A DNA stretch of 64,000 nucleotides from Octopus vulgaris (lineage: Eukaryota). The translations under genes were made by a program, and so were the position numbers. The notes under the pieces are model-generated. The model did not search any database. It was not told the origin of the DNA and worked only from the letters and a program-made list of their open reading frames with translations. Of the stretch, positions 37,101-50,000 are shown in pieces (the first letter of the stretch is position 1; every line of letters begins with the position of its first letter). The stretch lies in contig OX597815.1 of the NCBI GenBank assembly GCA_951406725.2, positions 175,026,001-175,090,000 on the forward strand, in the 5' to 3' direction.

Positions 37101-40100
37101 TAGTAGATACAAAACACTAGTTTAGTATGAATTTGCTAGGTTTCAGTAAATTTAGAAAGTAAATATGAAATGATGATGTGTTAGTTAAAAAAAAATTCAA
37201 TAATATAAAATTGAGAAAATTCAAGATAACTGTAATTTCGACTTTATACAATTTATACACTTGATTTTATATTTCATTATTTTCTCTTCCACAAAAACAT
37301 CCAGCTTTCAGTTGATGTACATTCGCAGACAAAATATAATCCTGTTGCTAACAGTACTTTGTGTTTGGAAATTGTCCGAAATTTGCGGAGATGTCTTAGT
37401 CAACAGGCTGAAGTACGAGTCATAATATATTCAGTAAGTGAAAGATATTTTATTTCTTCAACTTAAGCTCCCAACAAACTAACTCAACAGCTGTAACACC
37501 CAAGTTTAATTCTTGTTACAGCTTTTACCCTTTCTTATTCCACTTTTTTTTTTCTTTTGGTCATGCAAAGTACTTGGTGAACCTGTTAGTGTTGCAGTGC
37601 TGGTGCCACATAAAAATGCACCCAATACACTATTAAGTGGTTGGTGTCAGGACCAACTGTAGAAACCATGCCAAAAAAGACAATGGAACCTGGTTTCTGG
37701 ACTTGCTAGCTCCTGTTAAACCATTCAACCCATGCCAACATGGAAAATAGACATTAAATGATGATGCTTACAGAAAGTGCATGCTTGTTACTACTAATTC
37801 TTCTCAAGCTCCGAATTCTATCAAGCTGATTGACACTTTTGATCCCAAAATGTCAAAGAATTGATTTGATATAAGTATGGAGAACTGGTAGCAGCTTCTG
37901 GGGTTAATAAAATAGATACTCTGTAATACAGTGGCTTTAATTCAGTCAGCTTGCACAACTGCCTGCAAATTTGTGGCCTAATGCTAATGTAAGAGACTGT
38001 TATTAGACAAAATATTTTGTAGCGTTTAAGCTTTACCTTTTGAGTTCAATTTCAGCCAAAGTCATCTTTACTTTTGTTCAGTTAAATTCTAAGAAATCAA
38101 CTGATTGACTCTGTTCCATCCCAAAATTTGTAGGCCTTGTCATTGTTATGCTTCTTTATATTTGAGGCACAAGTCTGACACAAGCTTGATATTGCTTTTT
38201 ATCATACTGGAACTGATGTTTTGCAAACAGATTGCAGATGCAAATGCTAGCAAGTTTATGGGAGGGTCATCAGGAGAAAATGCATGCCATTTTAAGGCCT
38301 TCCTCTTGGTGACAACATTATGCACCCCACCTCATCTTTCACTGAAATGAGCCCCTGCTCACTAGATCAACTGGTTACTAGATTTTGCTCAGTATTCTAG
38401 CCATTGTTTATCATCTCTTTTTAATCAAATCCAGAAGCTTGTCTTCTCCATTGTAGTTTGGATATCACTCATAGTGGTATTTACTTTATGACAAGTTAGG
38501 CCTAGCAGCAACAACCACCATTGCCTCACACTGTGTCCAACAAATCCTCTCCATCCGTTATATTCAGGTTTTCTTTACTTTTGATCCTTCAAGTGTTGAC
38601 AACATAAGTATCATTCGAATCACAATATGAATCGCTCCTACCTATATCTCCTTAGAAATATGTGCCCTTATCTCAATGTTAGACATTATTTTTATTATTT
38701 TCACTAGTATGGTGATAAATTAACAAGTTCATATCCTGCTCAACTTGACTACACATACCTTTGTATCTTCATCCGCCGAACAACGATTATTTATTCACTA
38801 ATTTTCTCTCTCCACAACAAAAACTGGCCCTCACCTAAGAAAATTGTTTTTAGCTCTAGGGGTAACAAACTGGTAATCTTTCCGTAGTTTACTAAATCTA
38901 TTTAGTCCAGACTCTCAATGCTGTAAGTTCAAATTTTGATAGGAACAATTTTTTTTGTTTACATCTCTAGAGGATTGATGTCACAAGCACTAATTATTAC
39001 TTTAGCATATTCTATGTAAATTCACCTTACGCCTAAGAAATTATTGTCCTGGCACATCGCAACCATCTCTCTCTCTCTCTTCTTTCTCTCTCTCTTTCTT
39101 TCTTTCTCTCTCTCTCTCTCTCGTAACCACATATCTCCTCTACAGCAAGGCACCCGTTTCTCTACGTCTACCATAGTTTAACTTCTCATCACCTTGCAAA
39201 AAAGTACCTCCTTCACACCATCCTTCCTCTCGTTTGAGGGATCTTTGTTTTGCAAGTTATGTGGTGACCTTGGCAGGAGGAAGGACATCCAACTGTAGAG
39301 ACCTTGCCAAAACAGACAATGATGCTTGGTATATCTTCTGATTTGACACTTCCTGTTAAAGTGTCCGATCCATGCCAGCATGGAAAATGGATGTTAAATA
39401 AGGATGATGACTGAGGTGACAGTGTTATTGCTGCCTTCAAGACTGAATTTGCTTTGGTTTCATTCTTGACTTGATATTTGTTGCTTCCTTGTTTTCCTTT
39501 AACTGCTGTAGACCCTTTTTTATCTGTCAGAATATGTTATCAAGCTTTCAAAGTGAAAAAGTTGACTCTTTTGCAATCTGTGTTGATTTACATAAAATAC
39601 AAATACTGTCATTTATTAAACATTTCTTTTTATCGCTTTTTTTTTTATTCAGGGTTTGTGCGATTGCCTTTCCAAAAATTCCAAACTACAGAAACCCATC
39701 TTGAATCTCCTACTTCACCAGGTATTTTTATTTATTATTTTTTCTGAAATAGCACTTGTTGTACATGGAATTTTGTTTCATCTCTTTTCTAGCTCTCCAT
39801 TTTGCCTTTCTCTTCTTTTTCTTAACTTTTCTATCATTTTCACATTTTGATGAAGAGCTTATGTCCAAAACATTAATGCGTTACTATTTCTTTGCATCTG
39901 AAACTAATACATTGTTTTTTTTTGTTTTTTTGTTATTTCCACATTATTTTTTACACACTGCACATATGGTGGTGTATAAGCTATGTGTAAAGTAAAGTAA
40001 AGTAACAATCACCAATGATTTCAATGATGAACTTAGCATGAAGGTAAGAGTTCATCAAGATTCAGTCTTCACTTTTGTCCTCCTCTTCATAGTCTTAAAG

Positions 40101-43100
40101 GTCATCACAGTTTGACCAGAGCTGGTAAGGTCAAGGACCATACCAAGTTCCATAGTCAGTTTTGGCTTGGTTTCTGCAGCTAGATGTCCTTCTTAATGCC
40201 AACCACTCCATAGAATGTACTGAGTGCTTTTTACATGGCACCATCATCAATTCTGCTGTGGTAGATGGCTCTTCTTGTGTACAGCAACGTACCACATATC
40301 TTGGTCCTTACTTATCTTCTTTGTAAGGCTCAGTATCCTGGGTTTCCCTCTTCCACAAGTTCCATCCACTTTAAGTGATTGGCACTTCTCTATGCAACTG
40401 TCTACATCCATATGCATCACATGACCAAACGAGCACAGTCATCTCTCTTGCATACTGCAGCCATTTTCTATTATGTCCACATTTTCCCTCAGTATGCTAG
40501 TGCACTGACATCACACATCCAGCAGAGCATACTAGCTTCACTCCCCACTAGCTTTCACATGTTTTATGCATTCAGGGCCTATTTCTTACTACCATGTAGC
40601 ATTGCACGTTTACGTACATGCACCATGCAATCTTCCTTTCACTTGGAGAGAGAAAGAGACCTTTGGTTGCCAGCAGCAGTAAAAGATCTCTGAATTTTCT
40701 CCATCCTATTCTTAGTTTAGTGATTACACTTCCCATCTATTGTTCCCCACAGTTAATTAGACTCCCTAAGTAGTCAAAATTATACACTGCCTCTAAAGAG
40801 CCTCTGGGGCATTTGAGAAAATTAATTTCCTGAGTATCTCTAGGCTTTATAGCTCCTGTGCATCTTCCACATACAAACACTTACCTTCTCTGATAGACTT
40901 CCTATTATGGCACTGCACCTCCTGCTGCCTACACCTTTTCTACATATCAAGCAGGGCCACTTGCCTAATGGAGGAAGTGTCCTGTCAGTTTTCTTGCTTA
41001 GTAGGACCTAAGCCTTTGCTAAAGTTAACCTTAAGACCCTTCGATTTCAGGTTTTGCTTCAATGCCTGGAATTTCTTTTCTAGCTCTGTTACAGACTCTG
41101 CAAGATCATCAGCATAGAACATTTCTCAGGGTCCACCAGTCTTAAATTCCTCTGTTACGGCTTGGAGGACAATGATGAATAGGAGGCAGCTGAGAATTGA
41201 ACCCTGATGAATGTCTACCTTGACACTAAATTCATCGCTGTACTCATTGTTAACTTTCATCTTACCGAGAGAACCTCTGTACATGGCTTGTATGGTTTTC
41301 ACTAGCTACTTGTCTACCCCTAACTTCCTCAGAGCCTACCATATCACACAGTGGGGGGTACTCTGTCAAAGGCTCTATGTGTGTGTGTGTGTGTGTGTGT
41401 GTACACGCATATATACATATGCACACCTACCACCAACACCGAGTTGTAACTGTTTTGACTGAAGATTGCTGTGATGTGGAACTTGAGCCACAAGACAGTT
41501 TCTGTTATGTGTGTGTGTTTATTTTCATCATGCTCATTTAGTGTCCACCCTTCGATGCTTGCATGGGTTGGACAGAATTCATGATGGCAAGTTTTCTATG
41601 GTTGACAGTCCTTCCTGTCAACGACCCTCACCTATTTCTCACAGAAGATAGGAAATGTGCAACATCACTTGTCTGACAGTGATACCCTATTTACAACCAT
41701 CATGTGGTGTCAAGACAAAAGTGCACACAATAGGCTTCTTTCAGTTTCCGGCTACCATATCCACTCACAAGGCATTGGTTAGCCTGAGGCTATACTAGAA
41801 AAACACTTACCCAAAAAAACCTATGCTGTGGAGCTGAACTTGAAAGCACACAGTTACTTAACTACACAGCCATGCCAACATCTAGTTTATATATATAGAC
41901 ACAGGAGTGACTGTGTGGTAAGAATCTTGCTTCTCAACCACATGGTTCCAGGTTCAGTCCCACTGCATGGCACTTTTGGCGACTGTCTTCTACTATTACC
42001 TTTGGCCAACCAAAGCCTTGTGAATGGATTTGGTAGATGGAAACTGAAAGAAGCCCATCATATGTATGTATGTTCAGTGATCCCACGACCATCACGAGTG
42101 TTACATTTTAAAAGCCCCTGCGATAGGTGAAGTAGAAATAGTACTGTACTGTATATATTTTTTTTTATTATCTTTATAATTTGTATATATTTATTTTATT
42201 ATCAATGCAAAACAACGCTGCAAAGGAACTGACGTAAGCTTGAATAATAAACCACGACGATAGGTGAACCAGGATATGGCAGGGGATTACTGTATACGTA
42301 TATATGTGTGTGTCTGTGTTAGTCCCCCCCCCGTCACTGTTTGAGAACAGGTGTTGGTGCATTTACATTCCTGTAACTTAGCAGTTTGGCAAAAGAGACT
42401 GATAGCATAAATGGTAGGGTTTAAGAAAATGTCTATATAGAGTAAGTCCTGGGAATCGATTTGTTCAGCTAAAGCCTCTCAAGGTGATGCTCCAGCATGG
42501 ACACTGTCAAATGACTGAAACAACTAAAAGATAAAAGGGTCTTGCAGATAAATTGAGACAATTTTTACGATGCATAAAACTGGTTGTAAACACTAAAAGA
42601 ATGGCAGGAGACAGATATAATTTTAATGTAACATTTATTACAACAAAAACATATGTCACTCAATATGGCTGCCCTTTTGAACAATTACTGCCCCCACACA
42701 ACAACATTTTTTTTTTGTAGCTGCTGCAACCTCCGCCCTTTTCATTTTGTGTGTCGCATGTACAATACAGGTCTTCAAAGTGTTGACACTCAAATGTGGT
42801 GAAGCATCGGTCCTTCCTTGAAGTATGCCCCATAAAAAGTAATCAAGATGGTTGAGATTTGGGCAGATACCTTGAACTGACGATGAGCAATACACTGAGC
42901 CAGATGTTGACTTTCCAAAAAATGGCACCTTCTCACCAAGGAAGGTCTGTGTTGCATTTGACCCATGGCATGGTGCAGAATCTTGAATTAGCATCACATC
43001 GTCAAGCCCAAACTTCTGCTCCATCCAAAGTAACAGAGTCCTCCTTGTGCCAATCTTCAAGCCAGACTCAATGAAGTGGGGATCCATGACATTCTCATCA

Positions 43101-44041
43101 CTTGCCATGGTTCCAAATACCATCACAGAGGCAGGATTCTTAGTCTCAAACACGGAGGCTGTCAGAAGGGTTGTATGTAATCACTTGAGAATTTCTGCGA
43201 TTTACCCCAGTATCCACAGTGAACTTCTCATCTACAAACACAAGTTTTACATGCACCTTGATGCTTGATGAATGACAAGCTTTGGGGCATCTCTTGGCTC
43301 TGATTGTTTTGGCCTTGGCTGTTAGGAGGTGAAAATATTTTGAAAGATCAATCATAAATATCAGGCAGTGATAATGGAAAGCAAAATACTAACATTTAAA
43401 AGGGACAGACGAACTTGGGAGCTGAATAAAAATTAAAAAATATTGGAAACCAAAGTTCGAAGGGATAGAATCTGAAGATAGTAGACTCACCATGGCTGGC
43501 ATTTCTTAACGACGAACAGCAACGTAGTGGCAGTTTAACGGATGGCGTAAAATTTTGAACTTGATGTAAAAGAAAATTCCTAAACACCAAGTTTTGAAGT
43601 GATTCTTTCTCACGACAGTAGACTCACCATGGCAAGCATTCAAAACTTCTTCATCATGGACGGCAACACATTGATGATTTAAAGGCTGGCGCAAATTTTT
43701 TAGCGTGATGTAACAGAGAATTCCTAAACACCCGCTCCTGTAAATTTTAATCCCCTTCCAGCCCCATTTAGACCCCTTTTCACATTTTGGTTAATATAAC
43801 CCGATTTCATTCGGGTCTACTCAGGCCACATTTTATAAGATGAGGAATTTTTTCTTAGAGGTCACGCCTTTCATTTGAGGAAAAAAATAGTTGCCATGCA
43901 AACTCGCCAGCACTTTTAACATAGATGTGCATATTTTCAGCTCAACCGACCACATAATGCACACATTATATATATATATATATATATACTCATTATATAT
44001 ATATATGTGTGTGTGTACGCATTATATATACAAATGTATAC

Positions 44042-44095
<54 letters not shown>

Positions 44096-47000
44096 TACAT
44101 ATATATATATACACATATATACAGATATATACACTTTGCATATATACATTATGTATGCATATTTATATATAGAACACACACACACAAATTAACCCAATAA
44201 TTATCGCCACGACCACCACACAATCATGAGAACAAATATTGTCCTCATGATTGTGTGGTGGTGGTTGTGGCGATAATAATTCTCTCTATGAATGCAGACA
44301 GACAAAGAGAGAGAGAGAGAGAATGTGGAAGAAAGAGTGACAGCGCTGGCGAAGGCGTCGGGGGAAAGATAGTTGATGTTGTCACACGTCGTTATAGAGA
44401 GAAAGTGAAGGGAAGGGAGGAAAGAGAGAGAGACGGAGGAAGATAGATAAGAGAATGAGAGTAACGACAAAGACTTGTCAAAGTGTGGGGTTTTTTGCCC
44501 TAGTAACCACAGCTTTTGAGATAGGGATTTCTAACCTAGTCCACTCACATCCTCACCTCATTTTACATGTCCCTATAAATTTTGGAGCGTATCTGATGGG
44601 ATCTAGTGCCCTTTAACCCATTCCAATGCCAAAACCAGACAAACAAACAAACTTTCTCATTTCAGATTTATGAATATTGACCAGCTTAAGGTGACCCACT
44701 CTACGCGCGGGTGAGGTTGTGGTTGTTACTTTCTGTTGCTTCCTTTCTGTTTCTTATCACCACATTCTCCCTCTTTGTTTCTCTCTCACTTTCCCACTCT
44801 CGGACTTTCCCTCGCTTTCTCTTACTCTCTATCTTTCTTTATCTATCTCTCTCCTATTTATAAACAACAAAAGATCTTGAGTAAGCTGAGAAAGAAAATA
44901 TTTTTACGCTTTTTAAACCCTTCGTCGTTATTCTCATTCACTCATTATTACTTTCTCTCTATAACGTCGTTTGATAGCGTCTACTATCTTTCCTCCGCTG
45001 CCTTCACCAGCGCTGTCACTCTCTCTCTCTCTCTCTCTCTACGTCTGTCTGCATTCATAGAGAGAATTATCATCGTCACCACCAGCACCACACAATCATG
45101 AGAATCTTTCTCTATATATATAGATAGAGAGAGGGGGAGAGAGAGAAAGTAATAATGAGTGAATGAGAATAACGACGAAGGGTTTAAAAAGCGTAAAAAT
45201 ATTGAAGGCGGCAGAGGAAAGATAGTAGACGCTATCAAACGATGTTATAGAGAGAAAGTGATAGGAAGGGAGGAAAGAGAGAGAGAGATGGAGGAAGACA
45301 GGCAGATAATAGAATGAGAGTAGACTTGTCAAAATGTGCACTTTTGGCCCTAGCAACGACACCTTTTAAGATGGGGATTTCTAACCTAGCCCACTCGCAT
45401 CCTCACCTCATTTTACATGTCCCTGTAAATTTTGGAGTCAATTCAACGGGATCTAGTGGCCTTTAACCCATTCTCAATACCAAAACCAGACAAACAAACT
45501 TTTTGCATTTCAGAATTATAATATAGAGATAAATATCTTTATGCTTAAATATTCATCATCTGGAAGCCTTCACTTTTTGCTTTCTCTTGTTTTGCATGAA
45601 TACATATAATATGCATATTCTGTATTTCATACCCAATCTTTTATATTTAATGTATTTAAATTGTTTATCTGCATAATTGCCTCTGTGTGTGTGTGTGTGT
45701 GTGTGTGTACATATGTGTGTATACATGTGTATGTTTACAAATATATGTCTGTTTCTTTTTTTTTTTTAATTACTATATAACAGGCTTTTATTAAATCTTC
45801 TCCAGATCAAGAAGTACTTTGAAGCAGTTGAATATGTTATCCCACCTCTGCGTTTAGAGGCTTGTCTGCTCACCCATGGATCACAGATCTATCTTGGAGA
45901 ACCACTGGTAAATATTCCTCCAATATGAAATCTTTTTTTTTCCCTTAAACTTTTTTCTTTTCTATCATTTCTTTAGTGAAGTCATTTACTTTGGTGACAA
46001 CTGTCCAGTTATTATTACCATCTATATTTTCCCAGTATTTTACTTTAGTAAAAAGAAATGTCTTTCTGTCAATCATTGTTATGGTTAGCACTTTTGGCTG
46101 CTAACCATTGCTTTCCTTATCTTACTCTATAACTCTCATGTCTTTCTTTTCCAACTGGAATATCTATATATCTTTTCTGCAGCAAGACACCTACCTCTGT
46201 CCCTCTACACCTGTAATCTCTCAACTGGCACAAAACCAGCTCCCCTCAATACTACTCTACCTGTCACTGATGGCTTTTCCCCCTTTTCAATCTCACATGG
46301 TACCTAGTGACCCTGTTGGTGCTGCTGTCACATAAAGAGCAACTGTCTGTCTTAGCATGGTGTCTACAGCTTGGTTCTCTTTCTAATGCCAACCACTTTA
46401 CAAAGGGTGCTTTTTATGTGACACCAGCACTGACAGGGTTGTGTGTGTGTGTATTGTAAAGAAGCAGTGTAGTCCCACACAAGAAAAAATATAGGAGAAT
46501 TTGTCTTAGCCTTTTGAAAAGGCATCTGAATTTGAAAAACATGTTCTTGTTTTTAACTAGATTTATTCACATACATACCAAACTAGTTTCAACAATTTTT
46601 GTTTATCAATGGTATAAATGTATATAAAATGGGGATTTTAACAGAGTTTAAAATTACAAAGTAGAAATTGAACAAACATGTTTAAACAATCAAATTTTCA
46701 CATAAAATCCAATGAATATAATAAATGTACATTGCTAAAAGTTTGGCCATTCTGAGTTTTTGTAGAATACAAGGACAAACGAGAAGAGAAAAGGCAAAGA
46801 GAGTAAAAAAAAAATTTTGTTACAGTTTCTGTTGTTGTGCCTGTAGTTCTTTTTTTTGTCACTTCCTAGGCTCTTTGCTTTTAACAGAGTTTTTTGGGAA
46901 TCAGAATATCTTGTGTATATTTTTACATTTTTGATTTGTAATTTTAGTGACATCTTATTTTTTCTGGTAGATGTTTGTCATCAGAAAAATAGATTTTGTT

Positions 47001-50000
47001 TTGACATTAGTGTCTCACAATTTGTTTGGTCTTGTGGGTGGCTATAATTTAGGCTAAATTTCTCGAGTTGGAGAACGCAATTTTGATTTATCATTTATTA
47101 AATAAATTATGGTATTTATTTGTTACTGGGAAAAATTCATCCAGTGCTTCGTAGAACATTCTAGGTATTTTTGATTTAACTTGCTTAGCAAAGGGGATTA
47201 TCATTCAGTCTGTATCTTTAGAACAATTCCTTAACTTATAGTTTGGAATTTTATTATCATAGTATTTTTTAGTATTTTTTTATTTCGGTCAGGTGTTTAA
47301 GTCACTGTCTGGAGGCGCAATGGCCCAGTGGTTAGGGCAGCGGACTCGCGGTCATAGGATCGTGGTTTCAATTCCCAGACCGGGCGTTGTGAATGTTTAT
47401 TGAGCGAAAACACCTAAAAGCTCCACGAGGCTCCGGCAGGGGATGGTGGTGATCCCTGCTGTACTCTTTCACCACAACTTTCTCTCACTCTTACTTCCTG
47501 TTTCTGTTGTACCTGTATTTCAAGGGGCCGGCCTTGTCACTCTCTGTGTCACGCTGAATATCCCCAAGAACTACGTTAAGGGTGCACGTGTCTGTGGAGT
47601 GCTCAGCCACTTACACGTTAATTTCACGAGCAGGCTGTTCTGTTGATTCGGATCAACCGGAACCCTCATCGTCGTAACCGACACAGTGCTTCCACAAGTC
47701 ACTGTCATCGTCCTTTATATTATTAGAATGTATTTTGTTATTATTCATTAGATTGTTATGCCTGTGGTTGGTTAGAGATCAGTCTCTTGTTGTTATGGCT
47801 ATATTTTGTATTTATATCTTTATTGCAATCATTTACTGTTTCCTTATTTCTAGTTTTCTTATGGCCTTTAGTTTTATTTCAATGATATTATTTTGTTATC
47901 AGAATTAACCATTCTACTATTATCGTTGGTTCCTGAGTTAATTTGGGCTGTATTATGTTTACCCTCACTATTATTAGTTTTACAAAATTTTAATTTTTTC
48001 CTATACCCTCCTCTTCTAGAGCTGAATTCTAATAATCTGTATTTAGTTTTAAAATTTCTTCATCAGCAGAGAGATTAGAGATACGGGTTGAAATATTTTC
48101 TACTAAGTTGTGTATTATGCTAGCTGGGTGTTTTCTGTTTATGTTTACACACACCCACACACACACAATATTGATGATTCAGTCTGTTATTAGTAAGATA
48201 TTCTTATTACTGGCTGGACCCAGAATATTTCACAGAATTAATGGTAAACCTGTTGGATTATTTCTGAAAACTTTACCCCAAAAGCCTGAAAGCGTAATCT
48301 GTGTTGTGTCTGTATGGAAAGACAGTTGCTCATCTGCTACTCATTAGAAAGTGAAAGAAACTGGAATACGATGATTACTTAAGGCACTTTATGTATATAT
48401 TTGATATACTTTGTGCACAATTTTAGAGATTTAATACACAGCACTCATAAAATAGATATTCACTCTTATTTTTCTACTTTTCTCATATACAAAAAAAAAT
48501 ATCCAGTGCATATGATATAACCTGTAGTTAAATTGCATATATCTGCCATATAAATAAGCGTGAATATTTCACGGAATTGCACTTATGCACTTGTGTTAAG
48601 TGAGAGGTGATATAAAAAAAAACTTAGTTTGATTAAAAATAAAACACTTTTCTCTATCCAATCACCACCACCATCTCTCTCTCTCTCGTTTCTCTCTCAT
48701 CTCTCTCTCCCTCTCTCTCACCCTCTCTCTCACCCTCTCTCCCTCTTTCCCCTCTCTCTTTGCCTTTCTTTAACCTCATAGTCAAAACATCACCCCTCTG
48801 CTAAAATTATTACATTCCCCCTACCTCATGTCAGGGACGTTTCTCTCTCACTTTTTCTTTCTCTCTCTTTACCTGATCCTCTTTTTCTCTCTCCTTTTTC
48901 TTTCTCCTCTCTTTCCCTTCAACTAATCACATGAAAGCATTACAATTACATCCCCTCTACCTTATGTGATGGACGCTTCTCCCTCCCTCTTTCTTCTCTT
49001 TTCTCTAATCCTTTAAAAGTATTACTGACGGGCTAAGTAAGCCAATGACCAACAGATTTATTATAAGATATGCAATCTTTCAGATGACAAAAATTTTTTG
49101 TTGCCTGAAGACAAGAGACTGTGAGTAGTGGTGAAATGAGTCACCAAGGTTGAACAATAAACTAATAAGGCCAACAGAGTCTGCAACATATATTGAATAC
49201 ACTTTCTCCTGTTTTTAAATCCAATACACCTGACCCCATACACACACATATGCATAGAGAAACCATGCGAAAGTACATATTGGAACTTGACATGGCCTTA
49301 TGGCTTACTGGATCCTGCCAAACTGTCCATCTCATGCCAGCATGGAAAAAACATTAAATGGTGATGATGTGTAATGTCAGTGTGCATACATGACAGTGTG
49401 TAAGTGCCCTGAGAGAAAAGTTGGACATAAGAAGCATCAAATGTGGTGTGCAAGAGAGGTGACTGCGCTTGTATGGCCATATGTTACATATGAATGAAGA
49501 CAGGTGTGTGAGGAAGTGCCACTCCCTAACTGTAGAAGGAACCTGTGGAAGAGGTACACCCAGGAATACATGGGATGAGGTGGTGAAGCATGACCTTCAA
49601 ACATTGGGCCTCACAGAGGCAATGACAGGAGACCGGGATCTTTGAGAAGACCCAGCAACTAAGGTGAGATCGCAGCCACGCACATCCAGCCCTGTTAAGA
49701 ATACTCCTGATGCGTCGGGTGATATGATATACTTGAGAAGACCTGTTGAGTCAAATGAAAACAATATCATAGCTGGGGCTGGTGCCCCTGGCTGGCTCCC
49801 GTGCCAATGGCACATTAAAGGCACCATCTGAATGTGGTCAATGCCAATACCCACTGACTGGCTCCTGTGCTAGTGGCACTTAAAAAGCACCATCCAAATG
49901 CGTTTATTGCCAGGCCTGCCTTACTGGCTCCAGTGCTATGGCATGTATAAAGCACCAACCGATCATAACTGACACCAGTACTCCCTTACTGGCTCCCGTG

